From an uncultured Oscillospiraceae bacterium (GTDB lineage: Bacteria > Bacillota > Clostridia > Oscillospirales > Oscillospiraceae), in assembly GCA_944387075.1 (NCBI GenBank), contig CALXDO010000027.1:15064-79063 (forward strand): DNA of 64,000 nucleotides, written 5' to 3'. The position numbers were made by a program, and so were the translations under genes. The first letter of the stretch is position 1, and every line of letters starts with the position of its first letter. The notes under the pieces were generated by a model. That model was given only the letters and a program-made list of their open reading frames with translations, had not been told where the DNA came from and did no database searches. Of this stretch, positions 43,103 to 52,566 are shown piece by piece.

Positions 43103-44185
43103 TTACACCTTTTCCACGTAGTCCAGACTGATCCATCCCGCTCCGGATTTGAGTTTGCCCCAACGGGCAGCACCGGGGCCGTCCGCCTCTTCCACGATGG
43201 TGTACACGCCGGGGGCGATAAAGCCCTGACTGGCGGTGTCCGTGCCGGGGCCGCTGCGGATGCGCAGTTCGGTGACCGACACCTTCACGGTGTAGGGTTG
43301 AAAGGTCGGGGCCGAGGGCTTGGAGGTTGTGGTAGATGCTCCTCCGCTGACCAGAATGAGATCCGTCTTTCGCACGGCTGCCACCACCACGCCGTCATAG
43401 GTGATGACACAGCGGTCGCCGCTCACCTCAGATACCACATGCTCCCTGTCATAGACGAAGGAGGCCAGGTTCTTGCCGTTATAGTCCTTGGCTCTCTGCT
43501 TGACCTTGACGATGCTGCCCTTGCCAACCTCTTTGGACGGGGCGGGGGCTGGAGCCGGTGTCGATCCATTGGTGGTCGTGGAGCCCCCCATAGCCGTCTT
43601 GACATCCACCCGGAACGTGTCCATGGACTTGCCGAACTTTGGGAACCAGTGCATCACGTCGGCGTGATTGCTGGCCACACCCCGCTGGTATCCCTCGCTG
43701 TGACAGATCACCACTCCGTCGGCCAGGGGATTGAGGCCGTACTGCTTGCACAGCATGGCGGTCACTTCCACCGCCTCCTGATACACCTTGCCAAAGTAGG
43801 TGGCATCGGTGAGGGCATCCTCACAGATTTCAAAGCTGATGTGGGTGTTGTTGGCACTGCCTCCTGAGGTGCCGGTGCCCGCGTGCCACCCCCGGTGATT
43901 CCAGGGCAGAGTCTGTACCGTGGCCACCGATCCATCGGCCAGCTTGCCCACAAAGGCGTGGACACACACATCCAGCCTACCGTGATTCCAGTCGTTGTCA
44001 TAGCGGTTGGTACCCAGCTTCTGGAGCAGCTGAGTGCTGTTTGCGTCATTGGCAGCGGGCTGCACATAGCGGGCCACTGCCGGGTTGTTGGCCCCGGTGG
44101 AGTGGACCATAACTCCCTTGGGCGTGATGGTTCGTCCCGCTTTGTAACAGTCGTTGTCGGTCAAAATACATTTAATCAGATTCAA
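43103..44185 (-). CDS. Endolysin, N-acetylmuramoyl-L-alanine amidase with SH3-like cell wall binding domains
   Basis: MVHSTGANNP, WHAG, FEICED, HSEG...NHAD, WGKLKSGAGWISLDY. Confidence 0.9.
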   Translation of the reverse strand: MNLIKCILTDNDCYKAGRTITPKGVMVHSTGANNPAVARYVQPAANDANSTQLLQKLGTNRYDNDWNHGRLDVCVHAFVGKLADGSVATVQTLPWNHRGWHAGTGTSGGSANNTHISFEICEDALTDATYFGKVYQEAVEVTAMLCKQYGLNPLADGVVICHSEGYQRGVASNHADVMHWFPKFGKSMDTFRVDVKTAMGGSTTTNGSTPAPAPAPSKEVGKGSIVKVKQRAKDYNGKNLASFVYDREHVVSEVSGDRCVITYDGVVVAAVRKTDLILVSGGASTTTSKPSAPTFQPYTVKVSVTELRIRSGPGTDTASQGFIAPGVYTIVEEADGPGAARWGKLKSGAGWISLDYVEKV

Positions 44186-44423
44186 TGCTGGTTACCTCCT
44201 CCACAGCCTCTTGCACATCCTCAATGGCGGTTTTCACGCCTGCGGCGTCAATGCGCCCTTCGGTGACGATGTATGTCACCACCGAGATCACCGACACCAC
44301 CGCTCCCGCTGTACTGGCCACCGCCTCCTGATCCAGCCCAAAGGCCAGGGCCAGTCCCGCCGCAATACCAGCCAGAGCCGTCCACAGCTTCCGACTGGAC
44401 AATTTTCTGCATAGTACCTCCAC
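44172..44423 (-). CDS. Putative holin
   Basis: RKLSSRKLW, two TM helices, YIVTEGRIDA; directly upstream of endolysin. Confidence 0.75.
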   Translation of the reverse strand: MEVLCRKLSSRKLWTALAGIAAGLALAFGLDQEAVASTAGAVVSVISVVTYIVTEGRIDAAGVKTAIEDVQEAVEEVTSIESD

Positions 44424-44427
44424 GCTC

Positions 44428-44766
44428 TCACTCCTTCTCGTAAGCCGCCAGAATCTCTCGATCCAGCTTTTTCTTGATCTCCTCGGCCTGGGCCAGTTCC
44501 TCCATGGCCTGGGCCAGTTCCCCATTGGGAGGCGACTTGGTCACAGCGTGGTTAAGCCAGAATATGCACCGGCCATAGGCATGGTGCAGCTGGTCCTCCA
44601 CCTCCTGCCGCCGTTGACGGTGCTCCTGCCGCTGCAACGCCTCCGCCTCCCCCTGTTCCAACCTCCGGTCGATGTATCGCCGCAAGTAATTCATGGCCAG
44701 GCCCGTGATGCCGCTGCCCCCGGCCAGGGCCAAAAGCACCGCTGCCAGTAATTCCTCCCCGTTCAT
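44428..44766 (-). CDS. Lysis-cassette membrane protein with one TM helix and coiled coil
   Basis: N-terminal hydrophobic helix; position before holin. Confidence 0.55.
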   Translation of the reverse strand: MNGEELLAAVLLALAGGSGITGLAMNYLRRYIDRRLEQGEAEALQRQEHRQRRQEVEDQLHHAYGRCIFWLNHAVTKSPPNGELAQAMEELAQAEEIKKKLDREILAAYEKE

Positions 44767-44826
44767 TCCATCCCTCTCCTGTGTATCATGCGCTCCAGGC
44801 TGCCTCCCAGCATCCGGTCCAGCCAC

Positions 44827-45234
44827 TCATCCAACATCCGCTTCACGCCCGTCACCCCCCTCCTGTGTGGGTACATGGGCGGGGTCGTAGGTACGGATGT
44901 ACCAGTTGACGTAGTTTTGATAGCTGGCGTTGAAGCTCTCCATGCGGTTTTGGTACAGTTCCAGTTCCCCGTCCGCCTGGTGCAGCTTGGCCAGAAGCCA
45001 GTGCAGGTAAAGGTCACTGTGGGGCCACCCCACCGCCAGGGTTCCCGGCCAGTTCTGCCACACCTGCTCCAGCTGCTGGGGGGTGGCCAAATGCACGTCC
45101 AGGGAAATCCGTCCCTCCAGTTCCCCCAGCCAACTCAGCTTCTGCTCCTGGCTGTACTGGTTGGGACAGAGCAAATCCGCCTGGGTCAGGATGTCCATGG
45201 CCTGGGGGTATCGGCTGGTGTCAGCCACGGTCAA
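44827..45234 (-). CDS. Putative head-tail adaptor
   Basis: 135 aa ORF immediately after capsid; PNQYS..KLSWL..LEG, LYLHWL motifs. Confidence 0.55.
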   Translation of the reverse strand: MTVADTSRYPQAMDILTQADLLCPNQYSQEQKLSWLGELEGRISLDVHLATPQQLEQVWQNWPGTLAVGWPHSDLYLHWLLAKLHQADGELELYQNRMESFNASYQNYVNWYIRTYDPAHVPTQEGGDGREADVG

Positions 45235-45281
45235 ACCTCCTCTCTCACTCCCTCCCCGGCTTTGCCGGGGAGGGAAACCTC

Positions 45282-46292
45282 TTAGTTGGGCAGCTCACTG
45301 CCGTCGGTCATGCCGCCCACGGCGGCAAAGCGCCAGTCGTTGAAGGTGGCGTTGAAGCGGCTGCGGCCACGCCAGACGTTGGCGTCGGTGTTTTCGTCCA
45401 CAGTGGAGCGCACCGCCAGCTGGACGCGGTCATTCCACACCGCGCCGCCGTAGGTCTGGTTGTACTTGCTATCCAGCAAAATCCAGGGGGCCTTCCCGGT
45501 GGTGAGGTTGACAAACTGGTTGAGGTAGCTCCACACAATGACGGTCCAACGGCCATACTGGTAGTTGAAGGCGTTGTTGGAGGTGGTGGGCTCCTTGTCT
45601 GCGCCAATGGCGGCAAAGACCGCCTTTTTCAGGCTGCCCACCTCAGGAATCAGGATGGTGTCGGGGGCCACGTCCAGAATCTCGTCGTTGTCGCCTCGGA
45701 ACAGGTGCATAGCCGTCTCCATTTTCCCCAGAGCATCCACAGAAAACTCATCGTTAAACTTGTTGGACTGGGCCTCTCCGGACACCTTGGCGGGGTGCTT
45801 GGTGTGGAACATGGTGACCCCGTCGGCGCTCTTGATGTCAAACTCCCGGCCCTTGTACAGCACCTTGTCCTTGCCGGAGATGGCGCCGCCGTAGAGAGCG
45901 GCCCCAAACAACTCTCGGGTGCGATTGTAGCTGGTGATGAAGGCAGCGGGCTGCTTTTTCATGTCCATGACCTTGGAGTCCTCCATCATCTCGGCGGAGA
46001 TGGAGAAGGAGTCCTTCCAGGTATCGTACACCAGCAGCTTCTGGTAGCCCTCCTGCATGCCATCCAGGGGATAGGCCCCGTTTTCGCCCACCGGCTCAAA
46101 GCCGCTCATGGCGGTCATGGTGGTCATGAGGTCGCCGTAGTTCTCGCTCTTGCCCATGAGAAAGAGGTCTTTCAGAACCGACTGCTTTTCAAACTGCTCC
46201 CCCCGCTGCTCCAAGAACATGCGGATGGGGGCCTGGCACTTGCCATAAATGCTGTCATTGAGGCCGGAGCCTTCAGAGAATGTAATTTTCAC
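45282..46292 (-). CDS. Major capsid protein (Mu gpT-like, HK97 fold inferred)
   Basis: 336 aa after scaffold and decoration genes; FEPVGENGAYP, ADG..F...H, PDTILIP, WILLDS. Confidence 0.75.
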   Translation of the reverse strand: MKITFSEGSGLNDSIYGKCQAPIRMFLEQRGEQFEKQSVLKDLFLMGKSENYGDLMTTMTAMSGFEPVGENGAYPLDGMQEGYQKLLVYDTWKDSFSISAEMMEDSKVMDMKKQPAAFITSYNRTRELFGAALYGGAISGKDKVLYKGREFDIKSADGVTMFHTKHPAKVSGEAQSNKFNDEFSVDALGKMETAMHLFRGDNDEILDVAPDTILIPEVGSLKKAVFAAIGADKEPTTSNNAFNYQYGRWTVIVWSYLNQFVNLTTGKAPWILLDSKYNQTYGGAVWNDRVQLAVRSTVDENTDANVWRGRSRFNATFNDWRFAAVGGMTDGSELPN

Positions 46293-46313
46293 GCTTTCAC
46301 GCTCCTTTTCGTT

Positions 46314-46706
46314 TTACTTGAATCGACCGCGGACGGTCGCACCTTGTGCGGTTCCGTGGACTTCTACCAGCTCGAAGTTCCCCTCTCCTTCACTGGCAGT
46401 AAGACCATCGGCGTCCACCTGCATCTTCACACCGGGCTTTGCATCGGCGTACAAGGCTTTGAGCTGGGTCTCATAGATGCAGTCTCCCTCCACCCGGGTC
46501 ACGGGAATCACCTGACCCTCGGCAGCTTTCACATCCGCCATGCACAGGTAGGGGGGTGTTTCGGTGCTGGCCAGGCTCAAAGCGGCCAGCTTTCCCTCGC
46601 TGACGGTGAGCATCTGACCGGCCCGGTAGGTGCCCGCCGCTGCGCCCAGGTACTCCCAGGGCAGCATGGCCTCTGTATCACGTTTCACAGGTACAAACAC
46701 TGTCAT
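46314..46706 (-). CDS. Putative capsid decoration/cement protein
   Basis: 130 aa beta-rich ORF between scaffold and capsid, ends VRGRFK. Confidence 0.5.
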   Translation of the reverse strand: MTVFVPVKRDTEAMLPWEYLGAAAGTYRAGQMLTVSEGKLAALSLASTETPPYLCMADVKAAEGQVIPVTRVEGDCIYETQLKALYADAKPGVKMQVDADGLTASEGEGNFELVEVHGTAQGATVRGRFK

Positions 46707-47437
46707 TTTCCTCCTTGGTACTTGTTGTAGTAAGCTTGAATGGCCGTCTCACTGGCCTGGGGGTTGAAGGCCCGGAACAGGTTCATCTCCTCCACCGGTA
46801 CCGAAGCCCCACCTTTGCCTCGCTGGGTGGCTGCCACCAGATGCCCCTTGCTCCGGGCCAGGTTCTGGGCCTGCTGCCGGGCCGCGGTGGCTGCCTGCTG
46901 GGTCAGTTCGTCGTAGTGGGCCAGTTTGTAGGCGTCCACGAAGTTGTTCCCCCGCTTGACCAGCTGGTAGAATTCCTGGGCACGGGGCATGGTAAGCAAA
47001 TCCTGCACCGTGCGGATGTTGGGGTTGAACTGGCGAATCTGGGCCAGTTCCACCTCCACCCGGGCCTCCATGTCCGGTTGGCTGGGTTGGGGGGTGGCCA
47101 CAGGCTGGGCCGATTGGCCCTTCTTCCAGGCCCGGTACTGCTCCAGGCTGGTGATGGGGGTACCGTCGCTGGGATTTTTCAGCCCCGCATCCTGCAACAC
47201 CTCTTCCACATCCCGCCGGGCACTGGTGCGCTCCACCTCCACCGCCTCTTGGATGGCGGCTCGGGTCTCCTCCCGCCGCCTGCGGGCGGCGTTTTCCCGG
47301 CGCTGTTCCAGGCTCATCTCCCCCTGGGGCACCTGCTCCTGCTGTTGGGGTTCCTGCGCTGCCTGGGGCTGAGTTTGCTCCTGCTGGGGCTGCTCCACCC
47401 CCAGGGCCTCATAGACCTGTTCTTGGTTGATTTCCAT
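46703..47437 (-). CDS. Putative scaffolding protein
   Basis: Q/E-rich helical protein between portal and capsid; ENAARRRRE, SKGHL. Confidence 0.6.
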   Translation of the reverse strand: MEINQEQVYEALGVEQPQQEQTQPQAAQEPQQQEQVPQGEMSLEQRRENAARRRREETRAAIQEAVEVERTSARRDVEEVLQDAGLKNPSDGTPITSLEQYRAWKKGQSAQPVATPQPSQPDMEARVEVELAQIRQFNPNIRTVQDLLTMPRAQEFYQLVKRGNNFVDAYKLAHYDELTQQAATAARQQAQNLARSKGHLVAATQRGKGGASVPVEEMNLFRAFNPQASETAIQAYYNKYQGGK

Positions 47438-47513
47438 GGTGATCCGTTCCTTCCTGCCCCCGTTGAGGGCGTTTGGATGTTCCCGCTGTCCCTGCGTATT
47501 TGGTTGGGCTTGG

Positions 47514-47648
47514 TTACTTCTTGCCCTGTCTCAGGTCACCGCCGGTGTGGACGGTGCCGGTCTTGGTGGCGGTGGTCTGGCAAGGTGCTTTCACCACCTG
47601 GGTACCGGTGTTCTGAATCCGGCCGATGTACCCGCTCTGTTCCTTCAT
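47514..47648 (-). CDS. Small basic phage protein (44 aa)
   Basis: Hand-translated MKEQSGYIGRIQNTGTQVVKAPCQTTATKTGTVHTGGDLRQGKK; G-rich RBS upstream. Confidence 0.6.
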   Translation of the reverse strand: MKEQSGYIGRIQNTGTQVVKAPCQTTATKTGTVHTGGDLRQGKK

Positions 47649-47681
47649 TTCATTCCCCCCCTTCCTAGAGAACGCCGAATT

Positions 47682-49739
47682 TTATTCAGGAGTCCCCTCT
47701 ATTGGCATGTTCCCGCTGTCGCCTTGCGCGAATATGTGTTCTTGTCCCACTGGGGTCTGGGCTTCCCGGCTGGCCCGCTGTTCCAGGGCCTGCTTGGTCT
47801 CCCCCGCCCCGGGATAGTGCAGCTGCTCCATTTTGGTCCAGAACAAGATCAGGGTCTCGGTGGCCGCCGGGTCGCCAAAGGCCCCGGTTTGAAGGTTCTG
47901 CCGGGTCTCCTGCCACATGGCCTCCCGGTTGCTGGCCAGGGTGTCGGTGGTGTCCACCGAGAAGAGAAACTGATCGTTCCAGTAGTACTGCCCATCCTGG
48001 TCCCGCTCCAAAAAGTCATAGCGGTTGAACTCCTCATATTGGGTGTGGCCCTGGGCGTCCCGATATGTGACGGGCCGAGGCTCATCTCCGTAGGCCAGCC
48101 AAAATTCAAACATCATGCGGAACAGGTCAGCATAGGCCCGATGTTTCATCACCCGCTTGCTCTCCAGCCGTCCGGCGGCCTGGGCGGCGGAAAACTCCTT
48201 GGCCTTGCCGCTGGTGGCGGTGGTGTCGGAACGGCCCTGGTAGGAGTCGGTGATGCCCAGAATCTGCCGGGCCTCCTCGTAGACGTTGGAGAGGTAGAGC
48301 AATTCGTACTCCAAATCCCCCTTGAAGTCGTACACCCCGATCATGGCCTTATCCGCCGCCGAGCCGATGTACCACCGTTCCCCGTCCTGGCTGTCCACCC
48401 GCAGCGAAGCGTTGTCGGGCAGAGTGATGCGGGTGCCCGCTTTGATGAGCCGGTCAATGATCTTCTGCTCCAGGCGGTTGATGGTGTTTTGCTGGTCGGC
48501 AATCATATCTACGTCGGAATTGCCCAGCAGTTGTCCATATACCGACACACTGCGCTGCAGCACAATGGGGAACACCCCCGGCTGATAGAAGGGGATAAGG
48601 GTGGGGCGCAACACCGGGTTTCCCTCCTGGTCCAGGTCAGGGGTGGCCCCTGCCACCTCCAACCCTTTCCCCGTCACCATGGGCAGGAGCACCTGCTCAT
48701 ACGCCTGCACCTGGTCCTCAAATTCCCCGCAGCCGCACCAGGGGCAGGCCCCGCCCTGGTACTCCCGGGGGATCTCCTGGGGGGCCGGCTCCACCGGAAT
48801 GCTGTCCAGCCCACCGCCCCCAGCCATGGTCTCCTGGGCCAGGATCTGAGCCAGTCTCTGCCCTGCCACCTGGGCCTGTATCTGCTCTTCCACGCCGGGC
48901 TGGATGGGGGCGGCAGGCTGTTGGATGAGCTGCCCAGGCAGAGGCTGCACCCGTCCGCACTGGCGGCACACCGGCTGGCGGCGGGCCTGGTAGTCCTCCA
49001 AATCCTCCAAGGGGGTGTCGTTGACCCAGCAGTACCGGTTGACCCCTCCCTGGGCGTTTTTCTCGTAGCCCACATAGCGGGTGAGGGCATCCTCGGCGGA
49101 GCTCACCCCGTCCACCCCCCGCACCGCCGGCTCGGACTCGCCGTCCTCCTCCACCCAGATGCCGTACTCCCGGTAAATGGCGTCCCGGGTGGTGGGAATC
49201 TTCACAATGATCCAGTCCATGTCCTGGATGGAGGTGAACACCCCCGGCTGGGGGGCCAGCTGCTTGGGGTGGAGCATGCGCACCACCTCGGTGCCCACTG
49301 TGTCATGGGTGCGGGAGCGGTTGTCCCACTCCACCAGAAAGGCCACCCCGCCCTGGATGGGCACCGTGCGCTCGGCCAGGTCATTGAGTTGGGCAAAGGG
49401 GAGCCGCTCCAGTTCATTGCGCAAAAAGTGCTCCAGACGCTGGGCCAGTTCCTCATCCTCCCGCCGTCGGGGGGTCACCTTGGGCTGGGGGATGGCGCTG
49501 GACACTTGGGTCTCGATGTTTTCAAACACAATGTTGCGCACATGGCTGGTTTTTCGGGGGCCGCCGTCTCTTCTCGTGTCCCCAGGCACCAGAGGGCGCA
49601 GCTGGTCGTCTCCGTTGTAAATCCGTTCCCGCTGGTCCATGCGGGTGTACTCGGCGGAATAGGCAGCGTTGCTCTGGCTGAGCCGCTGCTGCCACAGCTT
49701 CAGCTTCTCCCCCGACTTTTGTTGGCGTTTTCCCTTCAT
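47682..49739 (-). CDS. Portal protein (P22-like)
   Basis: 685 aa directly after terL; NIVFENIETQV, IPQPKV, LGITDSYQG...SGKA. Confidence 0.8.
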   Translation of the reverse strand: MKGKRQQKSGEKLKLWQQRLSQSNAAYSAEYTRMDQRERIYNGDDQLRPLVPGDTRRDGGPRKTSHVRNIVFENIETQVSSAIPQPKVTPRRREDEELAQRLEHFLRNELERLPFAQLNDLAERTVPIQGGVAFLVEWDNRSRTHDTVGTEVVRMLHPKQLAPQPGVFTSIQDMDWIIVKIPTTRDAIYREYGIWVEEDGESEPAVRGVDGVSSAEDALTRYVGYEKNAQGGVNRYCWVNDTPLEDLEDYQARRQPVCRQCGRVQPLPGQLIQQPAAPIQPGVEEQIQAQVAGQRLAQILAQETMAGGGGLDSIPVEPAPQEIPREYQGGACPWCGCGEFEDQVQAYEQVLLPMVTGKGLEVAGATPDLDQEGNPVLRPTLIPFYQPGVFPIVLQRSVSVYGQLLGNSDVDMIADQQNTINRLEQKIIDRLIKAGTRITLPDNASLRVDSQDGERWYIGSAADKAMIGVYDFKGDLEYELLYLSNVYEEARQILGITDSYQGRSDTTATSGKAKEFSAAQAAGRLESKRVMKHRAYADLFRMMFEFWLAYGDEPRPVTYRDAQGHTQYEEFNRYDFLERDQDGQYYWNDQFLFSVDTTDTLASNREAMWQETRQNLQTGAFGDPAATETLILFWTKMEQLHYPGAGETKQALEQRASREAQTPVGQEHIFAQGDSGNMPIEGTPE

Positions 49740-51265
49740 GTTCCTCCTCCTTCATGTTCTCCGGGCCTGCCCCACAGGCGCAGGAGCAGCTCCCGCTCCT
49801 CTCCGCTGGCCCGGTTCCAATCCTCCCACATATCCGGCGTCCACCGGTTTTCCCCCTGGGCACGGGGATGGCTCAGGCGCATGGACTGCTGGGGGCGCAC
49901 ATAGTGGGCAATGGCCAGGGCCATGATGCAGTCGTCGTGGGCCCCCGGCTCCGCCTCGGGCCGCATGGCGGAGTTGCGCACAAAGGTGAGCATCTCTTCC
50001 AGGGTTGCCTTGTCATGGACGCTGTCCAGGTGATCCCGCATCACCCGCACCAGTTCCGCCAAGATCACCGGGCGGGTGAGCCGGTCGGTGCGAAAGCCAT
50101 AGGCGTGGTGGATTTTCCCGTCGAAGGAGTCCTCCACCTCCCGCACATACAGCTTGGGATAGCCCATCAGCCCCAGCAGCTTCACCGGATAGGTGGAGAA
50201 ATTGCACTCGGGGGCCAGCAGGGCCTTGTTGTAGTACAGCCCCAGGCAATAGAGCTGGCGGGTGTAGGTGTCCTCGTCGTACTGGTGGCGGAGAGTGCAC
50301 ACCTGCTCCCCGGTGAGGTTGTCCAGTACCTGGGCCACAAACCAGTCCGAGCCATCCCCGGCGGTGTCGCCGCCGATGACGTAGGGCCGTCCCTCCTGGG
50401 GCGGGGCGTACATGCACACCGGCCCCCCCTCCTCCTCCACCCATTGGATATGATCCAGGTGGATGCCGTCGGCGGATACCTGATACTCAAACAGGCCCTG
50501 GCGCACCGGCGGGGCCAGCTGGCTCAGCCGCTGGGCCACCGCCTTGCCATTGAATACCGTCTTCCCCGTCACGCCCCACTGGCCCAGGCAGTAGACCATG
50601 TAGTAATACTCATCCGTCTCCCGGAACCCCTCCAGGGTGGCCACCGCCTCTTTTGTCAGAAAGCGGTTGTCCTGGTAGGTGCTCTCGTGCACCGTGGCCC
50701 GGGGGTCGTGGCGATCGAAGAACCGCTTTTTCAGCCAGTGGGTGGCGCTGATGGGGTTGAAGGTCAAAATCATCTGGAGATATTGGTTGAAATCCGTTCT
50801 CAGACGGATGTCCAGCTGGTTGAAGTCCCCCTCCTCCAACTCCGAGGCCTCCTCAATCCAGATGCCGGTGATGTTGAAGATGGATTTCAGCTTTTCCACG
50901 TCGTCCAGCCCCGCAAAGAGGATGACGCTGCCGTTTGCAAAGGTGATGGTCATGACAGACTTGTTGGTCTTGGCCCCGGCGTCGGGGTAAAAATCCGAAA
51001 TCTGCCCCACCAGCTGCGCCCAGCAGCTCTCCCGCAGGGTACGGGCCACCTTGCGGCACACCAGCCACCGGTGTCCCGGCTCACTGGTCACCCGCTCCAG
51101 CACCTTGCGCCCGGCAAAGATGCTCTTGCCGCTGCCGCCGCCCCCCTTGAGCACCAGAAAGCGGTGCTGGTCGAAAAAGAGGGGGAGAAAGGTCTCGTTG
51201 TTGGTCTCCTTCAGCCCCTTGTACCACAGCAGAGCCTGGTCTGTGTTGTCATGGTTCATGGCCAT
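49736..51265 (-). CDS. Terminase large subunit (PBSX/Terminase_3-type ATPase)
   Basis: KGGGGSGKS Walker A, WIEEASE Walker B, LTFNP, YVIGGDTAG nuclease Asp, HDDCIMALAIA. Confidence 0.93.
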   Translation of the reverse strand: MAMNHDNTDQALLWYKGLKETNNETFLPLFFDQHRFLVLKGGGGSGKSIFAGRKVLERVTSEPGHRWLVCRKVARTLRESCWAQLVGQISDFYPDAGAKTNKSVMTITFANGSVILFAGLDDVEKLKSIFNITGIWIEEASELEEGDFNQLDIRLRTDFNQYLQMILTFNPISATHWLKKRFFDRHDPRATVHESTYQDNRFLTKEAVATLEGFRETDEYYYMVYCLGQWGVTGKTVFNGKAVAQRLSQLAPPVRQGLFEYQVSADGIHLDHIQWVEEEGGPVCMYAPPQEGRPYVIGGDTAGDGSDWFVAQVLDNLTGEQVCTLRHQYDEDTYTRQLYCLGLYYNKALLAPECNFSTYPVKLLGLMGYPKLYVREVEDSFDGKIHHAYGFRTDRLTRPVILAELVRVMRDHLDSVHDKATLEEMLTFVRNSAMRPEAEPGAHDDCIMALAIAHYVRPQQSMRLSHPRAQGENRWTPDMWEDWNRASGEERELLLRLWGRPGEHEGGGT

Positions 51266-51794
51266 CTGGCAGCTTCCCCTGCCCCCCTCCTTCCCACAGC
51301 TCTTGCAGCAGCGCCAGCTTCTCCTGGGTGGTGAGGGCTTGGGTCTGCCGGGTTTGGGGGCCTGCCTCCACCTCCACCTTCTGGCTGTAGCCATAGTTGT
51401 TTTGCAGGTGGAACATCACCCCTTTCACATCCTTGCGGGTGAGCAGCTGTTCCTCGTTCCACGCCCGCAGCACCCCATTGACCCACTCCGTGGCCTCCTC
51501 CAGTTCCGGGTGGGCCTGGTGGTCACACCAGGCTTTCCAGGTGCCGGGGGTGATGCCCAGGTGCAGGCAGATTCCCGTGATGGTGGGCGGAATCACATAC
51601 TCCCGGGTGCGAATGACCTCCCCCCGGTCGTTGTATACCTCCCTGCGCTCGTGCAGTGGGCGGCCCTTCTCATCCACCTCTCCGGTGGCCACTTGTTCTG
51701 TGACCTCCACCGTGCGGCTGATGGAGTCCAGGTATTGGCGTACCTCCCGCATCAAAGCCTTGGACGTGTTTGTTTGTCGCTGTCTGGCAGCCAC
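51249..51794 (-). CDS. Terminase small subunit
   Basis: PPTITGICLHLGI HTH, GVMFHLQNNYGY; overlaps start of terL. Confidence 0.75.
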   Translation of the reverse strand: MAARQRQTNTSKALMREVRQYLDSISRTVEVTEQVATGEVDEKGRPLHERREVYNDRGEVIRTREYVIPPTITGICLHLGITPGTWKAWCDHQAHPELEEATEWVNGVLRAWNEEQLLTRKDVKGVMFHLQNNYGYSQKVEVEAGPQTRQTQALTTQEKLALLQELWEGGGQGKLPDGHEP

Positions 51795-51886
51795 ACGCTT
51801 CCCTCCCTTGTTTTCTTCCTATGTTCATTCTAGCAGTCCAATCATGCTTGTGATTACACATTTGGACTTCTAAGTCCACATCTCCC

Positions 51887-52165
51887 TTACAATTCATAGG
51901 GAAACCGTTCATAATATCGCTTCAACGCCCGATAGAGGCTGGTGGGCGAGGCGATATAATGTCTCTGACACACGGACTTGATGCTCTCCCCCGTGGTGAC
52001 GTGCTCCAGCAGAGCCTGCCCGTGTTCTCCCCCTACGGTAGTACACAGGCTGCGCACCCGCTCCCTCTCTTGGGCAGACATGTGGGAATAGGACAGGGAC
52101 TTGAAGTAAATGTACCCCTGCCGTTCATAGGGCAGAGCAATCCCGGGTTTATATCGAAATTTCAT
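51887..52165 (-). CDS. Putative late-gene transcriptional regulator
   Basis: 92 aa basic protein with C-terminal HTH-like SIKSVCQRHYIASPTSLYRALKRYY, immediately upstream of terS. Confidence 0.5.
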   Translation of the reverse strand: MKFRYKPGIALPYERQGYIYFKSLSYSHMSAQERERVRSLCTTVGGEHGQALLEHVTTGESIKSVCQRHYIASPTSLYRALKRYYERFPYEL

Positions 52166-52394
52166 GCTTTTCTCCTTCTCTCCGCTGTTCCACCAAGGCC
52201 TGAAGTTCCTCCTGGCTATGGGTGGAGACAAATTTTCCATAGGTGGTGTGGCTCTCCCGGGCCAGACGGGAGACCCATATCAAATCCGAGGTTCTGGCCT
52301 TAGGCTCCACCGGGAACCACGCCTGAAACTCCGCCTCAATCTCGGCGTCCGCCCGTGCCATCTCCTCCCGTTCCTGGTCGGTGAACCCTGCCAC
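52149..52394 (-). CDS. Hypothetical phage early protein
   Basis: GGAGGTG RBS, GTG start, coupled to neighbours. Confidence 0.55.
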   Translation of the reverse strand: MAGFTDQEREEMARADAEIEAEFQAWFPVEPKARTSDLIWVSRLARESHTTYGKFVSTHSQEELQALVEQRREGEKHEISI

Positions 52395-52566
52395 GGCGCC
52401 TCACCTCCTTCTCCCGCGCCACCTGGCACTGCCAGGCAATGGCCACCCAGGGCACGCCCCAGACCTTGGCCGCCTGCTCCACTGCCTGCAAGCGATTTTC
52501 CGCCTGCACCTTGACGGCCTTTTTCCCCGGGTACTCCACCCGGTACTGATACACCCTCTCACTCAC
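52336..52566 (-). CDS. Hypothetical phage early protein
   Basis: ORF coupled to upstream gene; AAKVWGVPW. Confidence 0.5.
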   Translation of the reverse strand: MSERVYQYRVEYPGKKAVKVQAENRLQAVEQAAKVWGVPWVAIAWQCQVAREKEVRRRGRVHRPGTGGDGTGGRRD

